Virus record (IMG/VR): IMGVR_UViG_3300025723_000026
Coordinates: 12,301 to 76,300 of that record
Length of the DNA stretch: 64,000 nt
Source of the DNA: a virus
Lineage: Duplodnaviria; Caudoviricetes
Strand: one strand, 5' to 3'
Shown: positions 54,347 through 63,901 of the stretch, one piece after another
How the letters are laid out: each line of letters opens with the position of its first letter
Position numbering within the stretch: the stretch's first letter is position 1
Notes under the pieces: generated by a model
The model's input: only the letters and a program-made list of their open reading frames with translations
Database searches by the model: none
Told to the model about the DNA's origin: nothing
Made by a program: the position numbers and the translations under genes

Positions 54347-55123
54347 TTAATTTAGTTCACCCATACCAAGTATAAACCCATCAGGTATAGGAACATCTCT
54401 TTCTATTCTTTTCTTTTGTTTAAGTGTTGGATGGTAAATCCAAATTCTACCTTTAACAGCTTTATTGCCTTTATTTCTATAATTTCCTTTAACCCATCCA
54501 ACAGGTATTGATTCATCAGGTCTTATTCTTCTTGTTTCTTTTGTTTCAAAGTTACAGATACTAATCATACCTTTTGTATTCAAAGGACAGCCTAATACCC
54601 ATCCTTCTGGTAAGTCATCTTTTGATTTGATTCTTGTTCTTTTAAGTGTTATAGGATTGTAGCAGTGCTTGAGATTATTTGTCCTCTTTTGTCTTTTGGC
54701 ATTATATGCAGCTCTTTCAGAAAAATATTTTCTATAATAACTGAACAAATGAGAATTATAGTATCTGTTTGGCAAATCTTTATTGCCTATTGTCTTCATT
54801 CTAAGAAAAGCATTGATCATTTTCATTCTATAGACATCAATAAACATTTTAACCAAAATGGCATGAATAATAAAATGTTCTCTGGATGTTAAGAATGCAA
54901 TGTTTTCAGGATCTTTATTACCACCTCTTTTAAAGGATGTTGGTAAGATATGATGGCCTTCGACATAACCTAATAAGGCTTTGGCATCTGTTCTGTTTCT
55001 AGATCTTTCTAATGCTCTAGAAATAATATTAAAATACCATCTTGTATATTTGTTTTTTAATGCTATATTACAAACAAGAGTAAGATAGTGATTGGAGTGA
55101 GTATAAGTATTTGTGCTGGTCAT
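54347..55123 (-). CDS. HNH homing endonuclease (Mob-like)
   Basis: Y..WY..II..A..R; YVEGHHILP.S..GG......N...LT.REHFI.H.IL; C-terminal P.GW..G repeats. Confidence 0.9.
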   Translation of the reverse strand: MTSTNTYTHSNHYLTLVCNIALKNKYTRWYFNIISRALERSRNRTDAKALLGYVEGHHILPTSFKRGGNKDPENIAFLTSREHFIIHAILVKMFIDVYRMKMINAFLRMKTIGNKDLPNRYYNSHLFSYYRKYFSERAAYNAKRQKRTNNLKHCYNPITLKRTRIKSKDDLPEGWVLGCPLNTKGMISICNFETKETRRIRPDESIPVGWVKGNYRNKGNKAVKGRIWIYHPTLKQKKRIERDVPIPDGFILGMGELN

Positions 55124-55149
55124 AGTGTTTAAGGATATGGTGACTAGAG

Positions 55150-55177
55150 CCTGTGAGGGTTGCAGCCCTGTGACAGG
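55150..55177 (-). promoter_or_regulatory. Hairpin in the HNH gene leader, downstream of a late promoter
   Basis: CCTGT-CAC-AGGG-CTGCAA-CCCT-C-ACAGG; ATAAATA near 55200. Confidence 0.55.
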
Positions 55178-55242
55178 TATTTTTTATTAGTACCAATATT
55201 ATTTATTCTTGACATCCTAGATATTCGAGCTATATTTTAGGG

Positions 55243-55605
55243 ATGACCAATCATGAAAAGATTATAGAATTGATTAAGATTTGGCGTAATCTTATCTCTT
55301 GTAATCATTGCAAAGATAGGGATTTTCATTTCAGAATTAATACTCATTATTACTACGATGGGTTGTGCGAATATGAAGTCGAGCATCATGGCTATATTTT
55401 ACATGATATAAGAGATGAAGAATTTAAGACATTATATGAAGCTGAAGTTCATCTCATTCATAATGTTCTAAGATTTGGTATTCTTCAAGAACTTGATTGG
55501 TATATTGAGCATTATGGGGATCCTGAATGGGATCAGCATGATAGATACAATAAGCAGGATCTTGAGAGTCTTAGAAAAGCTGTTCTTGATATAGCACCAG
55601 AGTAA
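55243..55605 (+). CDS. Hypothetical protein
   Basis: After promoter TTGACA-N16-TATATT (55209-55236). Confidence 0.7.
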   Translation: MTNHEKIIELIKIWRNLISCNHCKDRDFHFRINTHYYYDGLCEYEVEHHGYILHDIRDEEFKTLYEAEVHLIHNVLRFGILQELDWYIEHYGDPEWDQHDRYNKQDLESLRKAVLDIAPE

Positions 55606-55606
55606 T

Positions 55607-55762
55607 ATGAACCAGCCTGTACAAAAAGCTCTAGAACATTTATCAGACTTTTCGGCTGATGTTATAGCATCATTAACATTAGCTGAGAATTATGATCTTA
55701 AACAAATTGCCTATGATCTGGATTTAGTATTAACTGAATTAAGATATAAACTAGAAGATTAA
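55607..55762 (+). CDS. Small hypothetical protein (51 aa)
   Basis: Not in track: MNQPVQKALEHLSDF... Confidence 0.5.
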   Translation: MNQPVQKALEHLSDFSADVIASLTLAENYDLKQIAYDLDLVLTELRYKLED

Positions 55763-55770
55763 ATAATAAT

Positions 55771-55968
55771 ATGACACCTTTTGAACTCATTGGACATATT
55801 ACAATGGGTTTGTTTGCTGTAGGAATGATTCTATTCTTCTTAATGATCTTTAAGGGAGTTAAGAAAGTAAAGAAGAGAGGTAGAAAAGCTGATAGAAGGC
55901 TTAGAAGGTTTAATGTCTGGTTAAGAGAGTTTGAAAAGTTTAAGAAGAGTTGGTTCTATGAGATTTGA
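55771..55968 (+). CDS. Small single-TM protein
   Basis: N-terminal hydrophobic helix then basic tail. Confidence 0.6.
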   Translation: MTPFELIGHITMGLFAVGMILFFLMIFKGVKKVKKRGRKADRRLRRFNVWLREFEKFKKSWFYEI

Positions 55969-56005
55969 GTCAAAAAAAAAACATTTTAGTATAAATAATA
56001 TTAAT

Positions 56006-56272
56006 ATGAAATTTGATAAACTCACAGAAGCCTATTTGAAGGTTGTTAATGAAATGGGTATGAGTAATGTACCCACAACATTAAACAGTGTTGGTCTCAC
56101 TTATGTACCTTATAGAAATGAACAAGAAGCAGGAGCAATTCCTCATTTTGTGAGAGATGAAGGGTACACTTCGATAATTCCTCTTGAACATGGATGGGCT
56201 TGTGAGGCTAAGATGTTAAAGAGACATCAATCAGAAATTAAAAATTTTATAAAAAATTATTGGCTTGATTAA
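56006..56272 (+). CDS. Late hypothetical protein
   Basis: TATAAATA at 55990-55997; MKFDKLTEAYLKVVNE leader. Confidence 0.7.
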   Translation: MKFDKLTEAYLKVVNEMGMSNVPTTLNSVGLTYVPYRNEQEAGAIPHFVRDEGYTSIIPLEHGWACEAKMLKRHQSEIKNFIKNYWLD

Positions 56273-56346
56273 GCTTGATCTGTCCTTAGATGTCCTATAG
56301 AACAAATAAAAGTAACAGCAATTGTTAACTTTGAAATAACAAAAGC

Positions 56347-57018
56347 CTAAATCTCTTTCAAAGTAACCTTACCTTCCTTGTCTATTATTAGATAGTGACA
56401 AGGTTCATCACAAAAAGAGCCTGAGTTGTGATACTCTTTTCCTGATTCTAAGCATACAAAGCTTTCAGCAAAATGGATATGCCCTCCAAAAATGGCATCA
56501 TAGTTTTTGTCTTTAATATAGTTTAGAGCTTTGTCTCTTATATTGGTTTTGATCTTTAAGAACCTTTTAGATGTCCTCTTTAACCATCTACTAAATGTTT
56601 TGGTTCTATCAATGCTCTGGAAAAAATAATAAATCCTTTCAGCAATATCTGTTATCCAAGGGTGCTTAAAAATAAATGGATCAAATTGATGAAAATGAAT
56701 AAACAACATCTTCTTTCCATTTACTTCAAGTTCTAACTTCTCAACAAACTCGAGTCCTAGAATCTTGATAATGTTCTTTGACTTTAGATCATGATTACCA
56801 AGAATAAAAGTAACTTTCTTCTTCTTTGATATCTTTCTTAATAGGCTCAGAATATTCCAATGTCTCTTTTTATATCTTTCTATATACTTTGAGTCAAATA
56901 CATCCCCATTAAGGATTAAATGATCATACTTTTCATTCTTTAGAACTTTAGCCAAAGATTTAACTTTAGAAACAGGACTCCCTAGATGAATATCTGAAAT
57001 GACTAAAATATTGGACAT
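56347..57018 (-). CDS. Metallophosphoesterase, UDP-2,3-diacylglucosamine hydrolase-like family
   Basis: ISDIHLG, NGDVFD, GNHD, GHIH, NSGSF. Confidence 0.85.
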   Translation of the reverse strand: MSNILVISDIHLGSPVSKVKSLAKVLKNEKYDHLILNGDVFDSKYIERYKKRHWNILSLLRKISKKKKVTFILGNHDLKSKNIIKILGLEFVEKLELEVNGKKMLFIHFHQFDPFIFKHPWITDIAERIYYFFQSIDRTKTFSRWLKRTSKRFLKIKTNIRDKALNYIKDKNYDAIFGGHIHFAESFVCLESGKEYHNSGSFCDEPCHYLIIDKEGKVTLKEI

Positions 57019-57066
57019 CTTAACTATTTATTTGACTTTCCTCTGCTTTGCTCTATAATTTTAAAT

Positions 57067-58707
57067 ATGTTCAATCTATTCGGACCTGATAAAAGCACAC
57101 AAGAGATTATTGATGATACTCTAGGTACTAATCCTTTTGGTTGGCAATATGTACCTAAGGAATCAGTTGAGCATCTTAAAGGAGAGGCTGAGAAGTTCTA
57201 TAAAGAAATTCAAAGTCTCAAAGCACTTCAAAAAGGCTATATTCACGAGAGAGATGCAGCAAGAGAGATTAATGCTAAACTCTTGAAAGAAAAGGAAGAG
57301 CTCAAAGCTCAACTTAAGTCTATTGAGGAAGATGGAACAGAGGAGCACAATGCAGCTATTAAGCTCAGACAGGAGAATACTCATTTAAAAGATATAATCG
57401 ACAAGTATAGAAATGCTTTTAAATTAGAGTCCTTTAAAGACACATGGAAGACTCAATATGACCAAGAAGTAGCTAAGAATACTAAGCTTGAAGATAAGGT
57501 TAAAGAGCTCGAGAATGAAATTAAAAACTGGAGAACAGGTGTTATGCACTGGAAGGATCTATATGATGAAAAGGCAGATTATGTAGATGAGCTAGTGAAG
57601 GAGGTTAATGGTCTTAGACATCTTAAGAAAGAAAATGTTGAGTTAATGGAGAGAGTTAGTGAGATTGATAGTGATCAAAATGAAGCATATAGAGCTGAGA
57701 TCTTTACTCTTAAGAATGATATTGCTGTATTGAAGGCAAAATATCAAATCCTTGATCATAATTACCAAGGTTGTACAAAGTATAGAGATGAATATAAGCA
57801 TCAGCTTAATGCAGCTAATAAGGAGAATGAAGCTTTGAAGAACAAGTTAAGAGAATATCAAGATAGGTTAGCTGAGAGTTTTAGCTATAGCGATATGAAA
57901 AAGTTACAGAATAAGATTGATGAGCAAAAAGAAGAGATTGAAAAGCTAAAGAAAGATATTGTTGATTATGTCTTTGAAAAGGATAATAAGATTAACAATC
58001 TTCAGAAAGAACTTAATCATATGAAAGCTGTTGCAGAAGGTGCAATTAGTTTGTGTGATTTATCTGATAAAACAGATTATGATTTAGCTGTAGATGAAAT
58101 TAAGAAGACTCAGGATTGGAAAGAGACAATCGATGTTCTTAAAAATATGAAGTCTCAGGGATTTGAAGATTATGATCCTACGGATTTTGTGAAGACAGAA
58201 GAGACAACAGCTGAGAACTTAGAACAAAAGCATCCTATGTACCCTATTCACTGGGGTGGTTACGAGCCTGAAAAATGGAGTACAACAAAGGTTGCTGTAG
58301 ATGATGCTGTTCAAGCAAAGTTGAAGGAGGTATATGGTATTGAAGAGAAAAAGAATTTTAAGCCTTGGGTTGAAGAGCCTATTAACTGGAAGGAAGAGGA
58401 AGTAGAGTTTAACGCTAAAGAGCTTCTGAAGAGAGTTACAGAATGTGCAGAATCTCTGCCTGTGTCACTTCCTAATGAGCTTCAGGAAGATAAAGAGTGG
58501 ATCTGTCCATGTAATATGTGTAAACATGCAAGGGAAGAAAATACAGAAAAGTCTTGGGAACAGACAGCATCCGATTTAGCTTTGAGAGTTGTAAAGCTTG
58601 AAAAGAAGATAGAAGAGCTTACAATCATCAAACACCCTAGTAATTCAAACTTTAAGTACTTTCTTGAGCACGGAAAGTGGCCTTGGAATAACGAACATAA
58701 AGAATAA
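57067..58707 (+). CDS. Long coiled-coil protein
   Basis: E/K-rich heptads; promoter TTGACT-N16-TATAAT at 57032-57059. Confidence 0.8.
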   Translation: MFNLFGPDKSTQEIIDDTLGTNPFGWQYVPKESVEHLKGEAEKFYKEIQSLKALQKGYIHERDAAREINAKLLKEKEELKAQLKSIEEDGTEEHNAAIKLRQENTHLKDIIDKYRNAFKLESFKDTWKTQYDQEVAKNTKLEDKVKELENEIKNWRTGVMHWKDLYDEKADYVDELVKEVNGLRHLKKENVELMERVSEIDSDQNEAYRAEIFTLKNDIAVLKAKYQILDHNYQGCTKYRDEYKHQLNAANKENEALKNKLREYQDRLAESFSYSDMKKLQNKIDEQKEEIEKLKKDIVDYVFEKDNKINNLQKELNHMKAVAEGAISLCDLSDKTDYDLAVDEIKKTQDWKETIDVLKNMKSQGFEDYDPTDFVKTEETTAENLEQKHPMYPIHWGGYEPEKWSTTKVAVDDAVQAKLKEVYGIEEKKNFKPWVEEPINWKEEEVEFNAKELLKRVTECAESLPVSLPNELQEDKEWICPCNMCKHAREENTEKSWEQTASDLALRVVKLEKKIEELTIIKHPSNSNFKYFLEHGKWPWNNEHKE

Positions 58708-58708
58708 T

Positions 58709-58936
58709 ATGCCAAAAGCAATCCTTGAATTTGATCTTAACGAAGATCAGTACGAATTTGAACAAGCAGTTAATGCTAGTAAATATCGTTCTGTTCTCTG
58801 GGACTTAGATCAGTTTCTTAGAAACATAACAAAATATCCTTCTGATGATATGAAAGAGGATCGACTCACTCCTTATTATGCCCTTCGCGAAGAACTCCAT
58901 AAACTAATGGACGAATATAATATAACTCTTGACTAA
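58709..58936 (+). CDS. Conserved phage hypothetical protein
   Basis: MPKAILEF.L.ED..EF..A.NA......LWD.DQ.LR. Confidence 0.7.
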   Translation: MPKAILEFDLNEDQYEFEQAVNASKYRSVLWDLDQFLRNITKYPSDDMKEDRLTPYYALREELHKLMDEYNITLD

Positions 58937-59088
58937 TAATATGTTTTGGCTATTTGATAAAATTATAGACTCTATTACTTGTTTTATACTCAATGTAGTT
59001 TCTGGCGAGGATCATTCCTATCTTTTTAGAGAAGATAAAGAAATTATAGAAAAGAAAGATAAAGATACATATATTTGGAATTTTTAAT

Positions 59089-59646
59089 ATGAAACCCACT
59101 GTTGTTTGGATTACAGGTTTATCAGGTGCTGGTAAGACTACTACCGCTAATGCTTTAAATGAAAAGCTTAAAGCTGAAGGTTATAGGTCTGCTGTAGCTG
59201 ATGCTGATACTTTAAGATACAATTCAAAAACTCCGATTGGATTTGATATTGAAGGTAGATGGAAAGCTGTTAACACAATGATCTATGCTGTAAGAAATAT
59301 GATTGAATTTCAGAGAGCTGAAGTTGTTATTGTTGCAAGTATTTCACCTCTTAAACAAATGAGAGCATTAGCACGAGATATTTTAACGAAATATTGTAAT
59401 GCTAAGTTTATTGAAGTCTATATGGATACACCTCTCGAGATATGCGAAGAGAGAGATCCTAAAGGATTGTATAAAAAATTTAGAGCAGGCCTTATTAAGG
59501 ATATGTCTGGAATTGACTCTCCTTATGAAGTACCAGAGTGGCCCGATGTAAGAATTCATCCAAGATCTACAGCTTATGGTAAAATGACAGTTGCACGAGC
59601 TGTAGATATAATCTATAATCAAATTTACAACAAAACAACATTATGA
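59089..59646 (+). CDS. cysC: Adenylyl-sulfate (APS) kinase
   Basis: VVWITGLSGAGKTT, ASISP...R, EVYMDTPLEICEERDPKGLYKK.RAG.I..MSGIDSPYE.P. Confidence 0.95.
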   Translation: MKPTVVWITGLSGAGKTTTANALNEKLKAEGYRSAVADADTLRYNSKTPIGFDIEGRWKAVNTMIYAVRNMIEFQRAEVVIVASISPLKQMRALARDILTKYCNAKFIEVYMDTPLEICEERDPKGLYKKFRAGLIKDMSGIDSPYEVPEWPDVRIHPRSTAYGKMTVARAVDIIYNQIYNKTTL

Positions 59647-60038
59647 CAAAAAAGACACTACTACCTACTAACGACCTCTATCTTCAATTTACAGATGAGG
59701 AGATTCAAGAACTTGGCTGGGAAGCTGGTCAAAAGCTTGAAGTTAAACAACATGATGATGGTTCCATCGAGCTTCGTCCCTACGTAAAGCTTGAACTTGA
59801 TATAGAAGAGTGGCCGAGAGAAGTTCTCGAGATGATTATTAAAGAATCAGTTGAGCAAGATATTTCTGCTAACGACGTTATTACTAATATGGTTAAAGAA
59901 GGTATTGAACTTCTTAATAAGAAAGAAGACACTTTAAAGAACTCTTCTAAAGAGCTTCTACTTGAAAAGGATTATCTCTATAACGCAGAAATAGATCCTA
60001 ACTTTACTAACAACGATACTAGCATTTATAGCGCTTAG
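59643..60038 (+). CDS. AbrB/MazE-like DNA-binding protein
   Basis: LYLQF..E....LGW..G..LE......G.I.L pattern. Confidence 0.55.
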   Translation: MTKKTLLPTNDLYLQFTDEEIQELGWEAGQKLEVKQHDDGSIELRPYVKLELDIEEWPREVLEMIIKESVEQDISANDVITNMVKEGIELLNKKEDTLKNSSKELLLEKDYLYNAEIDPNFTNNDTSIYSA

Positions 60039-60052
60039 TCATAATTATCTTT

Positions 60053-60634
60053 ATGAAAAGATTTTTATTGTTATTTACTTTATTAATAGCTAGCTGTACA
60101 TATTACACAGAGAAACAATCAGAAGCTCTTAGTCAGAATGTATATGCGACTAATGATTCTTTAGGGAAAGCAAGAGTTGACCTTGCTTATTTTTATTCTA
60201 ACGAAACAACAAAGTTTGTCAAACCACCAAAACATCCAGTTAAGATAAATGCTGTTTATCAGGCAGGAGATGTTGTTAAAAATTCAAAATCAGCTGAAAA
60301 AACGAGAGTTGTTATTGTTCCTGATCAATATCGAAACGACAAAGTTGTTGTTGTTGGCTCTACTGAGTATCAAGAGTTACTAAAAGATAGAGAAATAAAG
60401 AAGCAGTTAGAGCAAGATAACAAAAATATGACTAAGCAGTTAGATATCAATAAAGATGAAATTAAAAAACAAAACGATATGCGTGATAAAATGGTAAAGG
60501 ATCTAAATCATCTTCAATCTGAAATATATAAGAAGGATTTAGCTATTCTTTGGAGAAATATTATTATTATTAGTTTGCTTGGTCTCATTGGTGGGTATAT
60601 CTACTTACGAATGAATAAGTTATTCTTTTTTTAA
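60053..60634 (+). CDS. Lipoprotein with C-terminal TM helix (unimolecular-spanin-like)
   Basis: Lipobox IASC at Cys15; coiled coil; C-terminal TM IIIISLLGLIGGYIYL; in lysis cassette. Confidence 0.65.
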   Translation: MKRFLLLFTLLIASCTYYTEKQSEALSQNVYATNDSLGKARVDLAYFYSNETTKFVKPPKHPVKINAVYQAGDVVKNSKSAEKTRVVIVPDQYRNDKVVVVGSTEYQELLKDREIKKQLEQDNKNMTKQLDINKDEIKKQNDMRDKMVKDLNHLQSEIYKKDLAILWRNIIIISLLGLIGGYIYLRMNKLFFF

Positions 60635-60667
60635 TAATAAAACCTACCTTTTTGATTAAATATATGT

Positions 60668-60862
60668 ATGGATACGTTTATACATACATTAACATCCGTA
60701 GAGACAGCTGTTACAAGTGATGTAACCGCTACTAAATCCTATTTCGATAAGACAGCTCCGGTTGTTCTTACTAATATTGAAAACTGGATTATTGCTAATC
60801 CGAAGAAAGCATGTGCTATTATATTCTTTGTTGTTGGCTTTATCCTTGGAACCTTAATCTAA
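60668..60862 (+). CDS. Tail-anchored membrane protein (ElaB/YqjD-like C-terminus)
   Basis: WIIANPKKACAIIFFVVGFILGTLI. Confidence 0.55.
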   Translation: MDTFIHTLTSVETAVTSDVTATKSYFDKTAPVVLTNIENWIIANPKKACAIIFFVVGFILGTLI

Positions 60863-61038
60863 GGTTCTTAACAAAGCTATGGAATATTATCCTTCACGCT
60901 CTCCCTATCTCTTTATTCTCTTGTGTATATACGCCCTATTACTTGGGTTCGTTATAGCACACTGTATTTTATTTCACTTAAATAAAGTTAGTTTATTCTT
61001 TTATTGATATAGATAAGTATTTTTATTGCGCATAATTT

Positions 61039-61401
61039 ATGGAAAGGAGAAAATTATTTCAAAAAGAGAATTTCATGGAAGGTAATCGCCAAAGATGGGT
61101 GTTTATTTTTCTCGTGTTTATGATTCTTATTATTAGTCTCGATGCGTTGCATCTTCTCAAAGATCCAACACCATACTTGACATTCCTTACATTTTTAGCA
61201 GGTTCGTTTATATTAGGCTATTCAGGTACATCTGTAATGCAATTATTCCGGTCTAGTAGTATAAATGAGAATCAAAATATCGATCAAACCGTTGATGAGC
61301 ACAAGGATATTAACGAAACTAAGAATATTAATTTAAATGAACAGACATTTTCTAATAACGCTAAGGAAAATGACTACAATATACAGGATATTAATATATG
61401 A
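61039..61401 (+). CDS. Two-TM protein, candidate holin or antiholin
   Basis: Two TM helices and a hydrophilic tail; overlaps the lysozyme start. Confidence 0.55.
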   Translation: MERRKLFQKENFMEGNRQRWVFIFLVFMILIISLDALHLLKDPTPYLTFLTFLAGSFILGYSGTSVMQLFRSSSINENQNIDQTVDEHKDINETKNINLNEQTFSNNAKENDYNIQDINI

Positions 61402-62009
61402 AACAACCATCACCTGAAGCTTTAAATCTAATTCTTGAATATGAGGTTGGCGGTGGTAAAAGTTATTATGAAAAGCTTTTATTGCACCCTACTTGGCCAG
61501 GAGGCGCCTCTGGAACCACTTTAGCTGTTGGTGTTGATTGTGGTTATTATACACCTGATGAATTAGAAAAAATATTTTATTTTTTACCATCAAATCAGCT
61601 CGATGCCGTAAAGAAGGCATCCGGTAAAACAGGAGAAGCTGGTAAAAACTATGTCAAACAAATAAAACCTCTCAATATTACTGTAACTTGGGATCAAGCT
61701 ATCGAAATATTCAATACACTCACCTGGCCTAAATTTGCACGTCTTGCTGAACATACGTTCCCAGGGCTAGATCAGCTTTGCGACAATGCTTATGGTGCTT
61801 TAGTTTCATTAGTTTTTAATAGAGGCACTAGTCTTAGTGGTTCTAGTCGTGCTGAAATGAGGACAATACGTGAATTGGTTCCTAAGAAGGATTATAAAGG
61901 TATAGCAGAAGAACTACGTAGTATGAAGCGTATTTGGGAAGGGAAAAATCTCGATGGACTATTAGCTAGGCGTGAAGCCGAAGCTAAATTAGTAGAATCT
62001 TGTATATAA
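61398..62009 (+). CDS. Lysozyme-fold endolysin (pesticin / T4-lysozyme-like)
   Basis: ILEYE.GG...Y...P.WPGGASG.T...G.D.GY; ALVSLVFNRG; GL..RR.AEA. Confidence 0.85.
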   Translation: MKQPSPEALNLILEYEVGGGKSYYEKLLLHPTWPGGASGTTLAVGVDCGYYTPDELEKIFYFLPSNQLDAVKKASGKTGEAGKNYVKQIKPLNITVTWDQAIEIFNTLTWPKFARLAEHTFPGLDQLCDNAYGALVSLVFNRGTSLSGSSRAEMRTIRELVPKKDYKGIAEELRSMKRIWEGKNLDGLLARREAEAKLVESCI

Positions 62010-62010
62010 A

Positions 62011-62211
62011 ATGGCTAACAATATAATAGAAGAGTTCTTTGATTTTAAGCAATCTTGTCCTGATAAGATTCCCAATTGTAGAGAGCTTCGTGAGCAGTAT
62101 CAAAAGGATGTACAAACTGTACGAGATGCAAAATGTAGACCATGTGCTGAAACAAGAATAAGAATAAGATATATGGAGATAGTATGGAAAGCTTTTATGG
62201 ATTCTCTTTAA
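62011..62211 (+). CDS. Small Cys-containing hypothetical protein
   Basis: CP..IPNC and CRPC. Confidence 0.6.
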   Translation: MANNIIEEFFDFKQSCPDKIPNCRELREQYQKDVQTVRDAKCRPCAETRIRIRYMEIVWKAFMDSL

Positions 62212-62212
62212 G

Positions 62213-62689
62213 TTAAGATGTCTGCTTAAATGTTCTATAATATTTGTAAAATTTAGCTGCATGTGCACGTTCAAATTGTCTAGCATCTATTTCACATTCA
62301 TTTCGATAATATGCATTTGTATTACGCTCTACATCTTCATCGGTATAATTTATCCTCGATATACCCACCTTGTAAACTCTTGATTGCATCCAATGACGAA
62401 ATTCATGAAGAAAATGATTAAAAAAAGCTCGCCTCATTTGTATATTTGACGGTCGATTGCTTTTGGTAGGATTACAACATAAACGAATTTTATCAGTTTT
62501 AAAGGTATAACAACTAAAATCCGAATCAAACATTATTTGTAATGTTAATGTTTTTTGTCTCGTACTCGTCGTTGGTTCAAGTTCGGCAAAAAGTAAAGAG
62601 ATAGCTGCCTCCATAGCGTGAAGATTTACTTTATTTTCTTCAAACCATGTAGTAGACTTTTTTGTAGGTCTTAACTTAAAAATAATCAT
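62213..62689 (-). CDS. HExxH metallopeptidase-like protein
   Basis: FLHEFRHWMQ; N..EIDAR. Confidence 0.7.
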   Translation of the reverse strand: MIIFKLRPTKKSTTWFEENKVNLHAMEAAISLLFAELEPTTSTRQKTLTLQIMFDSDFSCYTFKTDKIRLCCNPTKSNRPSNIQMRRAFFNHFLHEFRHWMQSRVYKVGISRINYTDEDVERNTNAYYRNECEIDARQFERAHAAKFYKYYRTFKQTS

Positions 62690-62729
62690 GATGGATTATT
62701 AGCTGTATACACTATAATATAATATATTA

Positions 62730-62924
62730 ATGGAAAACACAACTAAAAACAACGATATAATTGAAGTTACTACAGAACTTACGGTCTCTGACGTTAAAAC
62801 GTTAGATTTTATTCTCGATACCTGCTTAACAGCTAAAATGTTCGCAGAACAAAGTATACCAGTTGTTGAAAAATTAAGTTTAAAGCTTAAACAGCTTGTA
62901 GCTAATTTAGAACTCTCGTCTTAG
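62730..62924 (+). CDS. Hypothetical protein
   Basis: 64-aa ORF. Confidence 0.55.
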   Translation: MENTTKNNDIIEVTTELTVSDVKTLDFILDTCLTAKMFAEQSIPVVEKLSLKLKQLVANLELSS

Positions 62925-62953
62925 AGATGTTCGTTGGCAATATTCATAAATAT

Positions 62954-63169
62954 ATGAATATAATGTCAGCTTTAATAGCCATAGCGTCAGTTTGCGAGGA
63001 ATTTACGGATACTATTCTTGTCGATAAAAAAAAGAATAGTATTATTGTTAACGTAAAAAAGCAGTGGTTTGCTGTACTAAACAAACGCTTACTCTCTATG
63101 CGCTGTACTTTGGTTCATAAGACTCCTATTAATACAGGCTATACCTGTACATACATTTATACAGAATAG
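62954..63169 (+). CDS. Hypothetical protein
   Basis: TAAATA upstream of MNIMSAL. Confidence 0.55.
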   Translation: MNIMSALIAIASVCEEFTDTILVDKKKNSIIVNVKKQWFAVLNKRLLSMRCTLVHKTPINTGYTCTYIYTE

Positions 63170-63211
63170 TAGTTGATATTATCAATATTGTTATTTATAA
63201 TATACTCAAAT

Positions 63212-63901
63212 ATGTTAGTCTTTGACCCTATTGCCCATTCTTATAAAAACGAATTTACAAGTGAGATTTATACATCAGCTTCTGCTGTTTTAGGTAAATT
63301 TAAAAAACCTTTTGATGCTGATACTGTTGCTGAGCGGGTTGCTAAAAAAAGAAAATGCACGGTTGAAGAAATTAAAGCGGAATGGAAGCAGTCAAACGAC
63401 TTTAGTAAAACATACGGAACAGAAATTCATGCAGCTATTGAGCAATATAATAAACTAGGTACATATGATATAAAATATGTCGATATTATACAGGCATACA
63501 TCGATTTAAATATTATTGATAATAAACGTGACAGTCTTCTTATTGAACAACAGGTTTATAACCATGAATTTAAGATTGCAGGTACAGCCGATATTATTAG
63601 AGTTGAAGATAAGGGGGGGTTTAGTATCTTTGACTTAAAGACAAATAAAAAATTTAATTTATATAGCCAGTACAATGATTATCTCCTTGAACCTGTTAGT
63701 CATTTACCAGCTTGTGAGTATTCAAATTATGCACTACAGCTCTCTCTATACGCGTATATGTATCAAGGGATAACAGGTAGAAGAGTAAATCAGCTCGGTG
63801 TTCTTTATTTTGATAGAGAGAGCTGTAAGTTTACACATTACCCTGTAAATTATATGAAGCATGAAATAGTGTCTATGCTTAATTATATAAAAAACAAATG
63901 A
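63212..63901 (+). CDS. PD-(D/E)XK nuclease (RecB/Cas4-like exonuclease)
   Basis: GT..H, IAGTADII, IFDLKT, YALQLSLYAYM. Confidence 0.88.
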   Translation: MLVFDPIAHSYKNEFTSEIYTSASAVLGKFKKPFDADTVAERVAKKRKCTVEEIKAEWKQSNDFSKTYGTEIHAAIEQYNKLGTYDIKYVDIIQAYIDLNIIDNKRDSLLIEQQVYNHEFKIAGTADIIRVEDKGGFSIFDLKTNKKFNLYSQYNDYLLEPVSHLPACEYSNYALQLSLYAYMYQGITGRRVNQLGVLYFDRESCKFTHYPVNYMKHEIVSMLNYIKNK

